Below, in pieces: positions 9,684 to 17,349 of a DNA stretch of 64,000 bases. The stretch comes from a virus. The stretch is from IMG/VR virus record IMGVR_UViG_3300044710_000107, positions 1 through 64,000 of that record; one strand, written 5' to 3'. Within the stretch, counting starts at the first letter, position 1. Each line of letters begins with the position of its first letter. The notes beneath the pieces were generated by a model. It ran no database searches. It was not told where the DNA came from and was given only the letters and a program-made list of their open reading frames with translations. Position numbers and translations under genes: made by a program.

Positions 9684-9818
9684 GCGGCTTGGTATCCGAT
9701 TGCGGTGGTGGAGCGCAACGGCGGCGGTTTTGCGGTGGTGCTGAAGCCGCGGTTGAAGGCGGCTGCCGCGGTTGCAAGTCGCTGGAATTACTGCGGATTC
9801 CCGAGGTGCTGCGGTGGT
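9477..9818 (+). repeat. Four co-oriented GCGGTGGT octamers (9477, 9702, 9732, 9811)
   Basis: Read directly; the copies at 9732 and 9811 share TGCGGTGGTGCTGAA. Confidence 0.85.
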
Positions 9819-9924
9819 GCTGAAATCGGGCCGCGGATAGTTGTTGCGCGCGGCCACTGATAGGGTGTAGGCTTCGGATTGTCGTTTTGGGCGATTGTGC
9901 CCGCTCTTGAGAGGAGATCGACAG

Positions 9925-10266
9925 ATGGCGAAAACCCGCTTTTTCATGGCGACTGACGGGAAGATCACGGTCTTCCGTGCGTCCCCGACGCGCGTGTATC
10001 TGTCCGGCGCGCTGACGAATATCGGCATCAACTTCAGCGCGAAGCCGGCGGCGCAGTCCGGTCTGTGGCCGGCGAAGGAGATCGGCGCGAAGGCGTACAA
10101 GCTGCTGGTGGCCGAGAAGATGGCCCGCTGCAAGCGCGAGAACGTCCGCGACGATGCGCCGTCGAATTCGTGGGTGCGGAACGCCGAGGTTGGGCCGACG
10201 GACGCGGAGATTGACGCCTACATCGCGCGCGTGGCGGCGCAGGACGCGGCCGAGGGAGTCGAGTGA
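9925..10266 (+). CDS. Hypothetical protein, first of a rightward early-type cluster
   Basis: GAGAGGAG RBS; MAKTRFFMATDG... Confidence 0.75.
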   Translation: MAKTRFFMATDGKITVFRASPTRVYLSGALTNIGINFSAKPAAQSGLWPAKEIGAKAYKLLVAEKMARCKRENVRDDAPSNSWVRNAEVGPTDAEIDAYIARVAAQDAAEGVE

Positions 10267-10490
10267 TGGCCGCCGCTGCGGTTGCGGTGAACGTCCGGCG
10301 GCTTGCGCTGGACCTTCACACCGACATCGTGAACCTCGAGGGCTACGCGGGCCAGCCGGCGCTTGTTGCGGCGCTGTTGGAGACTGCGGAGAACAAGGTT
10401 GCGATCATCATGGAGCACTTGGCGGCGGTGCGGTCGGGCGCGGGCCTGACTGGCGGCGGCGTGGTGCTGCACATGGTTCGGGAGGGCTGA
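10266..10490 (+). CDS. Hypothetical protein
   Basis: Coupled ORF with GGAG RBS. Confidence 0.6.
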   Translation: MAAAAVAVNVRRLALDLHTDIVNLEGYAGQPALVAALLETAENKVAIIMEHLAAVRSGAGLTGGGVVLHMVREG

Positions 10491-10493
10491 GCG

Positions 10494-10847
10494 ATGCGCA
10501 CCAACATGTTCGACAAGACCGCGCTCCGGATGAGCCAGGAGATTAACGCGGCCCGGTTCGGCGTGACCGCGCTCAAGACCGCGTACGGCGGGATTGTGTA
10601 CGCTCGCGCCGACGACATCGCGAGCGGCTGCCTCCTGATCGCGCTGACCGACAAAGCCGGCCGGTATCGGCACGACACCAATGGCAACCGCATTCGCGCT
10701 GCTCGCGGCTACGTGCTGGACGAGGAGCCGCAACGCCGCGTCGTGGCGTGGTTCGAGACCTTCCCCGATGGCAGCCGGCGCCGAGGCTACTGGTACGCCG
10801 ACGACATGGTCGGCGGGTTCCCGCGTCACGCCAGCGTGGAGGCGTGA
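10494..10847 (+). CDS. Hypothetical protein
   Basis: GGAGG RBS; 117 aa. Confidence 0.7.
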   Translation: MRTNMFDKTALRMSQEINAARFGVTALKTAYGGIVYARADDIASGCLLIALTDKAGRYRHDTNGNRIRAARGYVLDEEPQRRVVAWFETFPDGSRRRGYWYADDMVGGFPRHASVEA

Positions 10848-10848
10848 C

Positions 10849-11187
10849 ATGGCCCACGATCAGACGGTTGCGCGAACGATCCTCGAGCAACTTGGCGGTC
10901 GGCGGTTCATCGCGATGACTGGTGCGTCGTCGCTGACCAGCGGGCCGAGCGACCTGAGTTTCCGGTTGCCGACCCGGCTGGCGGGCGGGATCGGCGGAAT
11001 GCGGATCATCCTGACGGACATGGACGACTACCGGATTGAGACGGTGCGGCTGAAGGGCTCGATCGCGAAGGGCAACATCGAGTACGACCGGCGCGTGGAG
11101 GCCGAAGGCGTCTACTGCGACAACCTGCGGGAGGCTTTCACCCGCATCACGGGGCTGGCGACCAGCCTGGGGAGCAGGGACCGATGA
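10849..11187 (+). CDS. Conserved phage hypothetical protein
   Basis: 'VARTILEQLGGRRFIAMTGA...GVYCDNLREAFTRITGLATSL', a widespread phage early-protein pattern; GGAGG RBS. Confidence 0.8.
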   Translation: MAHDQTVARTILEQLGGRRFIAMTGASSLTSGPSDLSFRLPTRLAGGIGGMRIILTDMDDYRIETVRLKGSIAKGNIEYDRRVEAEGVYCDNLREAFTRITGLATSLGSRDR

Positions 11188-11444
11188 GCGCGAAGCTGAA
11201 CGCCCGCGAGCAATTGGTGGCCGCTGCCGAATGGCTCGGCTACCAGCACGAGGACCTGTCTTTCGGCCTGAAATCGCCGGAGGACGGTCTGAAGCTCTGG
11301 CGCTACTGGATGGCGCGGCCGGCCGAATTGCCCGAATTCTGCGATCAGGCCGATGACGAGGACCAGACGTTGTGCATGAAGCACGTCAAGAAGGCGCTGG
11401 GCTACGACCCGTGGCGGCGTGCGCTCGCGGAGGACGCCCCATGA
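11184..11444 (+). CDS. Hypothetical protein
   Basis: ATGA coupling. Confidence 0.7.
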   Translation: MSAKLNAREQLVAAAEWLGYQHEDLSFGLKSPEDGLKLWRYWMARPAELPEFCDQADDEDQTLCMKHVKKALGYDPWRRALAEDAP

Positions 11445-11731
11445 GCGGGCAACAGCCCGGAAATTCCGGGCAGGTCGAGTCGCGCCTGTTCATCGGCGTG
11501 TTCCCGGCCGGCATCAGCTACGCCGACCGGACGGTGGAGCGGCACGGCGACTACAAGCGGCTGGCGTTCCTGTCCTACGCCACGCTGCGGCTGGTGATCG
11601 AGACCGACTGCCCGAAGGGGCTGCGGCCGGCGATCGTGGCGCACGCGGCGACGCTGCAGGCGCGGAAGGGCGAGCAGTTCGAGGTTTCGACCTGCGGGCA
11701 GACGGTGTTGCTGGGGGAGCGGGTGCGATGA
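11441..11731 (+). CDS. Hypothetical protein
   Basis: 'RLFIGVFPAGISYADRTVERHGDYKRLAFL'; GGAGG RBS, coupled. Confidence 0.7.
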   Translation: MSGQQPGNSGQVESRLFIGVFPAGISYADRTVERHGDYKRLAFLSYATLRLVIETDCPKGLRPAIVAHAATLQARKGEQFEVSTCGQTVLLGERVR

Positions 11732-11916
11732 GGCGCTTTCGCATCCGCCGCTGCGGCGGCAACCGGTCCGCATGGCTCCTCGTCATGCTGGCCGCCGACG
11801 GGTCGGAGTACGACTGCTTCGGCTGCTACACGACCTCGTATTCGCTCGACCTGCTGCTGAAGCACGCCGGCAGCCTCGCGCCGAAGCCGGGCGAAACCGT
11901 GGAGTTGGTGCCGTGA
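11728..11916 (+). CDS. Hypothetical protein
   Basis: ATGA coupling, GGAG RBS. Confidence 0.55.
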   Translation: MRRFRIRRCGGNRSAWLLVMLAADGSEYDCFGCYTTSYSLDLLLKHAGSLAPKPGETVELVP

Positions 11917-12125
11917 CCGTCATCACCAAGAGCCTTGTCGGGTCGCAGCCCGGCTGGATCACGAACAGCCCGGAGGCCGCTCGCGCGCTGCGGGCGGCCG
12001 ATGCCGCCTACGACCGCGCCCTGGCCGCTGCTGCGGGCCTGCGGCTGGCGGAGAAGGTTGAGGCGATACGGGCGGCTCGGGCGGCTCGCGATGCCACCTA
12101 CCGCGCCGTCATGGAGCGCGAGTGA
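11913..12125 (+). CDS. Hypothetical Ala-rich helical protein
   Basis: GTGA coupling. Confidence 0.55.
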   Translation: MTVITKSLVGSQPGWITNSPEAARALRAADAAYDRALAAAAGLRLAEKVEAIRAARAARDATYRAVMERE

Positions 12126-12346
12126 TGGATCAGGCGATGAACCTCTACGCGGCGGACGGCCTGTGCCACAACGCGGAGGCCGGCACCTACGGGCACGAGT
12201 GCGGCAAGGCCGCCGTGTGGCTCGGCGAGACGCGCGGCGGGTTCCGGATGGGCTTCTGCGACGACTGCCGTCAGCACGGGCTGGAGGCGCGGGATGTGGT
12301 TGAGTGGGTGCCGCATCCGCGGCTGGCGGCGGCGGTGCGGCCATGA
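12125..12346 (+). CDS. Small Cys/His-rich (Zn-finger-like) protein
   Basis: 'CHN...HECGK...FCDDC'. Confidence 0.65.
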   Translation: MDQAMNLYAADGLCHNAEAGTYGHECGKAAVWLGETRGGFRMGFCDDCRQHGLEARDVVEWVPHPRLAAAVRP

Positions 12347-12579
12347 CCGCCCGCTCGGCCAGGCGGGAAATCCGCAGCCCCGTCGTAGGACTGCCGGCGA
12401 TGGCCGCGCTCGAGGCGCTGCCGCGTGACGCCAAGCTGGCACTGCGGGCGGTGCTCGGCGACATCGCGGCCGACGCCGCGGCGCGGGCGGAGAAGTGCTG
12501 GCGGCAGAGCAAGGGCCCGATGGCTGCCTATTGGAAGGCCGTGAGCGTTTACGCGAAGCACCGGGCTGCGCTGCGATGA
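12343..12579 (+). CDS. Hypothetical protein
   Basis: 'AEKCWRQSKGPMAAYWKAVSVYAKH'; coupled. Confidence 0.7.
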   Translation: MTARSARREIRSPVVGLPAMAALEALPRDAKLALRAVLGDIAADAAARAEKCWRQSKGPMAAYWKAVSVYAKHRAALR

Positions 12580-12839
12580 CCCCCGAGGAATTCCGCATCC
12601 GGCTGGCCGGGCTCGGCTACTCGCTGCACGGGTTCGCCCGCTACGTCGAGGCCGATGAGCGCTCGGTGCGACGATGGGCAGACGGCGAGCAGGACATCCC
12701 CCGCTGGGTGCCGGTGATGCTTGCGCTTCTTGAGGCCGCGCCCCTGCGGCCGCGGTCGACGCCGCCCGATCCCGCGACCCGCATGCCACGGTTCCCGCGG
12801 CGGACGATTGGCCCCAACCTGGAGGACGATCCCGCATGA
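12576..12839 (+). CDS. HTH DNA-binding protein
   Basis: 'MTPEEFR...LHGFARYVEADERSVRRWADGEQDIPRWV'. Confidence 0.8.
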   Translation: MTPEEFRIRLAGLGYSLHGFARYVEADERSVRRWADGEQDIPRWVPVMLALLEAAPLRPRSTPPDPATRMPRFPRRTIGPNLEDDPA

Positions 12840-13084
12840 GTATCGAGGCGGAAGTCGGGCGGCTCGGCTACCTGGCCGCGCAACCCGAGATCGACGCTGC
12901 CTACGAGGCGATCGCCTGCGCGATCGTCGGGCGCGATGCGTCAACGGCCATCATCGCCCTGGTGCGGGCGCTTGCGGCATCAATCACCATAATTCCCGAG
13001 GGCGCGGACGAGCGCTCGATCGAAACCGTGACGGCCATGCTCCGCAGCAACGTCACCGCTTTCCGGAGGATCGACCAATCATGA
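12836..13084 (+). CDS. Hypothetical protein
   Basis: GGAGG RBS, ATGA coupling. Confidence 0.6.
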   Translation: MSIEAEVGRLGYLAAQPEIDAAYEAIACAIVGRDASTAIIALVRALAASITIIPEGADERSIETVTAMLRSNVTAFRRIDQS

Positions 13085-13200
13085 CCGAGTTCCTGCGCCT
13101 GCTGCTGCCCGCGCTGGTGGGCATCGTGCCGATTGCGCTGATGGCGATCGCCGACGCGCGCCGGCTGCGAAAGGCCGGCCTGCTGCCGAGGCGGCGCTGA
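13081..13200 (+). CDS. Small membrane protein
   Basis: MTEFLRLLLPALVGIVPIALMAIA...; GGAGG RBS. Confidence 0.55.
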   Translation: MTEFLRLLLPALVGIVPIALMAIADARRLRKAGLLPRRR

Positions 13201-13409
13201 TGGAAGAGAACCACCCGCAGGACGACGGGCGGCGCTGGGGGTACATGACGCCGGAAGTTTCGTCGGGCGCCAGACGCTGGCCGTCGGTATGGGTCGAGCT
13301 TCCGAAGCTGCCGCTGCTGCGCGCTGGCTTGGGGCCGCCGCCGTTCACCGTGACGCTGCCAAGCGGCTCTCAGCGTGAGATCGTGCACGACCCGGCGGAA
13401 CCCCGCTGA
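13200..13409 (+). CDS. Hypothetical protein
   Basis: TGATG coupling. Confidence 0.5.
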   Translation: MEENHPQDDGRRWGYMTPEVSSGARRWPSVWVELPKLPLLRAGLGPPPFTVTLPSGSQREIVHDPAEPR

Positions 13410-13639
13410 TGGCTCGCGACAAGTTCGTCCGGGTCAACCGGACCGAGACCGCCGCGCTCGATGTCGTGCTGACGCGCATCTGCGCCGGCAACGACCACGC
13501 CCAAGCCGCTGTCCTGCAGGGCTTCCTCGGCCGCCTGCGCAGGGTGTGGCTGCAACCGCCGCGGCGGCAGCGGGTCAGTCAGTCTGGGATTTCCTCAGGA
13601 TCGGGCAGCAATTCGGCCTGCGCATCGCCGGCGCGCTGA
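13409..13639 (+). CDS. Hypothetical protein (3' end overlaps the primase-helicase)
   Basis: TGATG coupling. Confidence 0.45.
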   Translation: MARDKFVRVNRTETAALDVVLTRICAGNDHAQAAVLQGFLGRLRRVWLQPPRRQRVSQSGISSGSGSNSACASPAR

Positions 13640-15438
13640 CGGCGCTGCGCTTTCTCGTCCAGCTCATCGGCAAGAGCGGCGCTCGAATAGCGGCCGGTCC
13701 GATCGTCCGGCACGAGGCTGGCCATCGCGCCGCGGTTGGCCCAGCGCCGGAAACGGGACTTCCGGACGTGCAACTCAGAGAGCGTCCCCTTCTCTGGCGT
13801 GTGGAGCACCAAGCCAAGGTCGGCCTTGTTGTTCCACGCGGCGCCGCCGTTGATGTCGTACATCGATGGCGCCTCCAGCTTCGCCCCTGGCCGCGGCGCC
13901 TGTGGCTTTGCCGGATGCACCACCACCCACACATTGACGCCGTGCCGCAGCGCGAAGGCCTTGCAGCGCTGAAGGCCGCGGTTGATGTATTCCGCCTCGG
14001 TCAGATTGCCGCGGCTGTGCTCGATCTCGTTCCAGGGATCGATTTGTAGGTCGGTGACGCCGGTGCGCAGCACTTCGGCCTGCGCGCATTCCAATATCCA
14101 GTCGAGCGTCGGCGCCACATCCTCGGAATCGGTGACCAGCATCACCAGGCGGTCGCGCAACCATGCGGCGGCGGCCAGCACTTCCTCGCGCGTGAATCCC
14201 GGGTAACCGTCGCCTGGATGGTATGGCTTGCCAGCCCAGGTCTCGGCGAACATGGCCGCAAACTGGTTCCACGGCTGCATCTCCGGCGAGAAGATCAGCC
14301 ACTTCCGGCCGTGCTCCATCATCGTGTGAACAGCGACGTGCTTGAGCCAGCGGCTCTTGTGGGCACCGGGGTAGCCGGTGACGATGATGAGTTTGCCCTC
14401 GGTCGGCAGGCGCAGAACGCGGTCGCCAGCGATCGTGCCGGTCGTCATCGTCGGCGGCAGCGTGCGGTAGCGCGCGTCGAGCATCGTCTCGTCGTCGATG
14501 TGCCGGATGCCAGCGATCGGATACGGCGTGGCCGCCTCGATCGCGGCCTGCACAGCCCGCGCTCCCTTGGCGCGCAGCACGTCGCCTGCGTCCTTGCAGC
14601 CTTCAGGCCACTCGACCAACCAGCAACGGTGCCGCCCCAGCCGACGCGCCAATTCCTCGCGCAGGATAATGCCAGGCCCGTCGTTGTCGCCGGCGAGGAT
14701 GAATTTCTTGACCTTGTTCAGCGTCTCGGCGTGCGTGCGCAGCGCGAGAAACCGCCTGTCGTCCTCGCGCCGAGGGTCGTCCTCGTCCCGGAGTTCGGCC
14801 GGTGCGCCGTTCGCTAGGCTGACCGTTTGGGGATACCCCGCCTCGTGCAGGGCCATCACGTCGGCCTCACCCTCGACCCACACGATCACGTCGGGCTCGG
14901 TCACGGCGTCGATGTTGAACAGCGATGGCAGCGGATTTTTCTCCTGCACGAACTGCTTGTCGAACGACCGGTATTTGCGGTTCACCACCTTCCCGGCAAC
15001 CGTGTAAGGGAAGGCGAGCGCCGATTGTTCCCCACCGTTCGGAAACCACCTCGTCGTGGTGAAGATCCCGAAGGCGTTGACGGTGTCGGCGCTAATGCCG
15101 CGCTCCTCCCACCAGTAATACATCTCTGCCGGCCGGCGTTGCGCCGTCGGGTCGATCTCCGCTGGCGGCTCGATGACGTCGGCCTTCCGCGGCGGCGGTC
15201 GTGCGGCCCTCCTCGCGCCCGCCAGGCGCTCGCCGTCCTGCCATCCACAGTTCGCCCGGTGGCATATCCACGTCGCCCCCATGCCGTCGGCGTCGATCGT
15301 GATCGCCATGCACTGTTCGCGCGTTTTCCCGCCGCCACACCGCGGGCATTTGATCCGCTGCGTGTGCCCCGGAGCGTACGACTTCGGGAAGATTCCGTGC
15401 TCGGCCAGCAGCCCCGGGAGGTCGGTCTCGGCGGTCAT
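13579..15438 (-). CDS. Bifunctional primase-helicase (T7 gp4/Twinkle-like)
   Basis: N-terminal Zn finger (CPRC...CHRANC), TOPRIM 'VEGEAD...AGDND', SF4 helicase 'GYPGAHKS', 'IDPWN', 'VVHPAK', 'DINGGAAWNNKAD'. Confidence 0.92.
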   Translation of the reverse strand: MTAETDLPGLLAEHGIFPKSYAPGHTQRIKCPRCGGGKTREQCMAITIDADGMGATWICHRANCGWQDGERLAGARRAARPPPRKADVIEPPAEIDPTAQRRPAEMYYWWEERGISADTVNAFGIFTTTRWFPNGGEQSALAFPYTVAGKVVNRKYRSFDKQFVQEKNPLPSLFNIDAVTEPDVIVWVEGEADVMALHEAGYPQTVSLANGAPAELRDEDDPRREDDRRFLALRTHAETLNKVKKFILAGDNDGPGIILREELARRLGRHRCWLVEWPEGCKDAGDVLRAKGARAVQAAIEAATPYPIAGIRHIDDETMLDARYRTLPPTMTTGTIAGDRVLRLPTEGKLIIVTGYPGAHKSRWLKHVAVHTMMEHGRKWLIFSPEMQPWNQFAAMFAETWAGKPYHPGDGYPGFTREEVLAAAAWLRDRLVMLVTDSEDVAPTLDWILECAQAEVLRTGVTDLQIDPWNEIEHSRGNLTEAEYINRGLQRCKAFALRHGVNVWVVVHPAKPQAPRPGAKLEAPSMYDINGGAAWNNKADLGLVLHTPEKGTLSELHVRKSRFRRWANRGAMASLVPDDRTGRYSSAALADELDEKAQRRQRAGDAQAELLPDPEEIPD

Positions 15439-16376
15439 TGCCGCACCCCTGGCGTGCAATCGTCTGGAAAGTCTGCCCACCGTCCCATCTCGGCCTCCAT
15501 GTAGCCGCGGTACTCTGGCGTTCCTGGCCGCGGCTCGGGCAGTTTCAGGATGGCGGCCGGTTCGTTCGGCTTGAAATATCTGGGGTCGGCGTACTGCGTT
15601 GGGCTGCCGTTGAGCGGCAGCAGTGGCGCGGCCTGCTTCGGCTCGAAGATGCCGGTCCAGCCATTTTCGATGCTGGTGTTAAGCGCGGTTGCCGGGTCAT
15701 GACCTTTCTGCCGCCATTCGGAAAGATGCTTGAGGATCAGCCGGATCGCATCGTCGGTCAGCCGCTTGCGCAGGTTTTTCCGGTGGGCAACAAAGGACTG
15801 CCACGCATCGTTTGGCCACCAGTCAGGGAACGCCACCCCCCCGCTTGCGGGGGGTTGGGGGGTTCTTTCTTTTTGTCCCTGTCCCTGTCCCTGTCCCTGT
15901 CTAACGTGTTTCGTGCTCGTTTCATGGGGCGTTTCATGGGGCGTTTCACCGCCGTTATTCCGCCGTTCGCGCCAGCGTTTCAATCTATCAGAGTCGGCGT
16001 TTCGGTCGTCGGCTCTGCGGCGTTTCATCTTCCATGCGCGAAGTGCGTCCTCGCACAACGTTCGGTGATACCAGCGCCCATCGGAGCATAGGACGAACCC
16101 ACGCATGACGGTATGCCAGTGGCGGTTCACCAGCGATTCCTTGGTCATGCCAGCGAACGAGGCGATGACACGCTTGTCCGCCGGCAAGCTGCCAGCCGGA
16201 ACCTGTTTCCAAGCTCGGCACCAAAGGGCTACCGCCGACTTGAACTCCTCGCCCGTGGACAGCGCCCACAGTTCTGAAGCCAACAGCCTTTCGACGTTCA
16301 ACATAAAGCCGTCGAGGTCGCGAAGGTCGCAGTCTGGCGGCGTCAGCGGCTCGGGAAGCTGCGCCGCTTCGCCCAC
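15435..16376 (-). CDS. Phage replication initiator-like protein (DUF1376-type N-terminus)
   Basis: 'LPEPLTPPDCDLRDLDGFMLNVERLLASELW...LWCRAWKQVPAGSLP'; C-terminal 'WQSFVAHRK...SIENGWTGIF'; internal iterons. Confidence 0.85.
   Translation of the reverse strand: MGEAAQLPEPLTPPDCDLRDLDGFMLNVERLLASELWALSTGEEFKSAVALWCRAWKQVPAGSLPADKRVIASFAGMTKESLVNRHWHTVMRGFVLCSDGRWYHRTLCEDALRAWKMKRRRADDRNADSDRLKRWRERRNNGGETPHETPHETSTKHVRQGQGQGQGQKERTPQPPASGGVAFPDWWPNDAWQSFVAHRKNLRKRLTDDAIRLILKHLSEWRQKGHDPATALNTSIENGWTGIFEPKQAAPLLPLNGSPTQYADPRYFKPNEPAAILKLPEPRPGTPEYRGYMEAEMGRWADFPDDCTPGVRQ
15836..16030. promoter_or_regulatory. Putative replication origin (iterons inside the initiator gene)
   Basis: (TGTCCC)x4 at 15874-15897; CGTTTCATGGGG x2 plus a partial copy at 15918-15949; further CGTTTC copies to ~16026; T-rich run and C-tract/G-tract inverted repeat at 15836-15873. 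Confidence 0.65.
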
Positions 16377-16378
16377 CG

Positions 16379-16636
16379 TCAGCGCCCCCGGCGAGGCTGA
16401 TATCTTCCGGGCCGCGGTTCCGGCATGAACGCGACCTCCGTGATCTGCCGGTGCGCGCTGGCCGTCGACTCGGCCTCGTCGCGGATATCCCGTTCGTCGG
16501 GGCCGGTGCGCAGCCACGCATGCCACGAGCGCAGGAACGCGCGGCGCATGGACTGCATCTCGAGGTATTCGGCCGGGAACGTGTCGGCAACGGGCTTGCG
16601 TTCCGGGAAAATGGTGGCTAAATCCAAGGCTGGCAT
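16379..16636 (-). CDS. Hypothetical protein
   Basis: MPALDLATIFPERK...; between the tRNA-like locus and the initiator. Confidence 0.55.
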   Translation of the reverse strand: MPALDLATIFPERKPVADTFPAEYLEMQSMRRAFLRSWHAWLRTGPDERDIRDEAESTASAHRQITEVAFMPEPRPGRYQPRRGR

Positions 16637-16687
16637 CGCGACTTCCTTTCGCGGTTGCAGCGCGGGCGGCATCCCAATGATCCGTCC

Positions 16688-16760
16688 GGTGTATCCCCCG
16701 GGCTCGAACCCGGTCCTATCAGCCGGCCCTCGCAATCCCCCGCGAGGGTCGTGCTGTTTC
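16688..16760 (-). ncRNA. Structured RNA segment: long hairpin plus T-arm-like stem-loop
   Basis: CCCTCGCG-loop-TGCGAGGG hairpin then CCGGG-TTCGAG-CCCGG; no matching 5' acceptor strand. Confidence 0.3.
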
Positions 16761-16763
16761 AGG

Positions 16764-17273
16764 TGGTTGCGGGACTCGGATTTGAACGTCCGTCCTACCC
16801 AGAAACAGCATTCCTATGCTGCCACGTCGTCCCGCACGCTCGCGAGCAGAATATCTGGCCGGTCTTGTTCCGGCCTGCTCGCAGTCGCGCCACGTGTGGC
16901 TTCAACGAAAACCCCCTCCCGCACTCCGGGCAGACGACCAGGACCGGCGGCGGGGCTGCTTTCTGTCGATGATGCCGCGCGTGCTCGCTGGCCGTCTTGA
17001 GTTCGAGGTTGCCCGGCGTGTCGTTGCGCTTGTCCTCATCGACGTGGTGGGAGTGCTCGCCTGGGAGCAGTAGGCGCCCGAGTTTGTTTTCGAGGAGAAC
17101 AATGTGCAGCGGGTAAAGGCCCTTGGCATTTCGCCTGGGATGCGGTGGGGCGGTGCGGCAGTAGCGATAACCGCCGCCTTTGCATGTCGAAAGGATAGTG
17201 AACATCCGTCCATTGTACGCGCCCCGTTATGAGCCGTCAACGCACGCGAGCTACCGGGCTGCTCCACCCCGCA
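16764..17273 (-). tRNA. tRNA-fMet(CAU)-derived gene interrupted by an HNH ORF (non-canonical; may be a pseudo-tRNA)
   Basis: 5' part TGCGGGGTGGAGCAGCCCGGTAGCTCG...GGCTCATAAC (17273-17226) and 3' part GTTCAAATCCGAGTCCCGCAACCA (16787-16764); acceptor TGCGGGG/TCCCGCA pairs, D-arm intact, CCA encoded. Confidence 0.75.
16795..17205 (-). CDS. HNH homing-type endonuclease with C-terminal Zn finger, inside the tRNA-like gene
   Basis: 'YPLHIVLLENKLGRLL...HHVDEDKRNDTPGNLEL...EHARHH', 'CPECG...FCSRAC'. Confidence 0.9.
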   Translation of the reverse strand: MFTILSTCKGGGYRYCRTAPPHPRRNAKGLYPLHIVLLENKLGRLLLPGEHSHHVDEDKRNDTPGNLELKTASEHARHHRQKAAPPPVLVVCPECGRGFSLKPHVARLRAGRNKTGQIFCSRACGTTWQHRNAVSG

Positions 17274-17349
17274 TCACCTTCACAGCACCGTCATGCTGCG
17301 CCATCGCGCCGAGGCTAGTCAAGACGGTCGCGAGGCCGTTGCGCACCAG

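Noticed and set aside
9684-10133. N-terminal extension of the TerS ORF (296 aa in the track)
   Set aside because: Overlaps the well-supported + gene at 9925 and the repeat region; ATG at 9683 preferred
16764-16787. tRNA 3' end as attP
   Set aside because: Matching 5' half is present beyond the HNH and no integrase is nearby; not fully excluded
16795-17211. Group I intron in the tRNA
   Set aside because: ORF occupies essentially all of the insertion; no P7-like core seen and the site is not the anticodon loop
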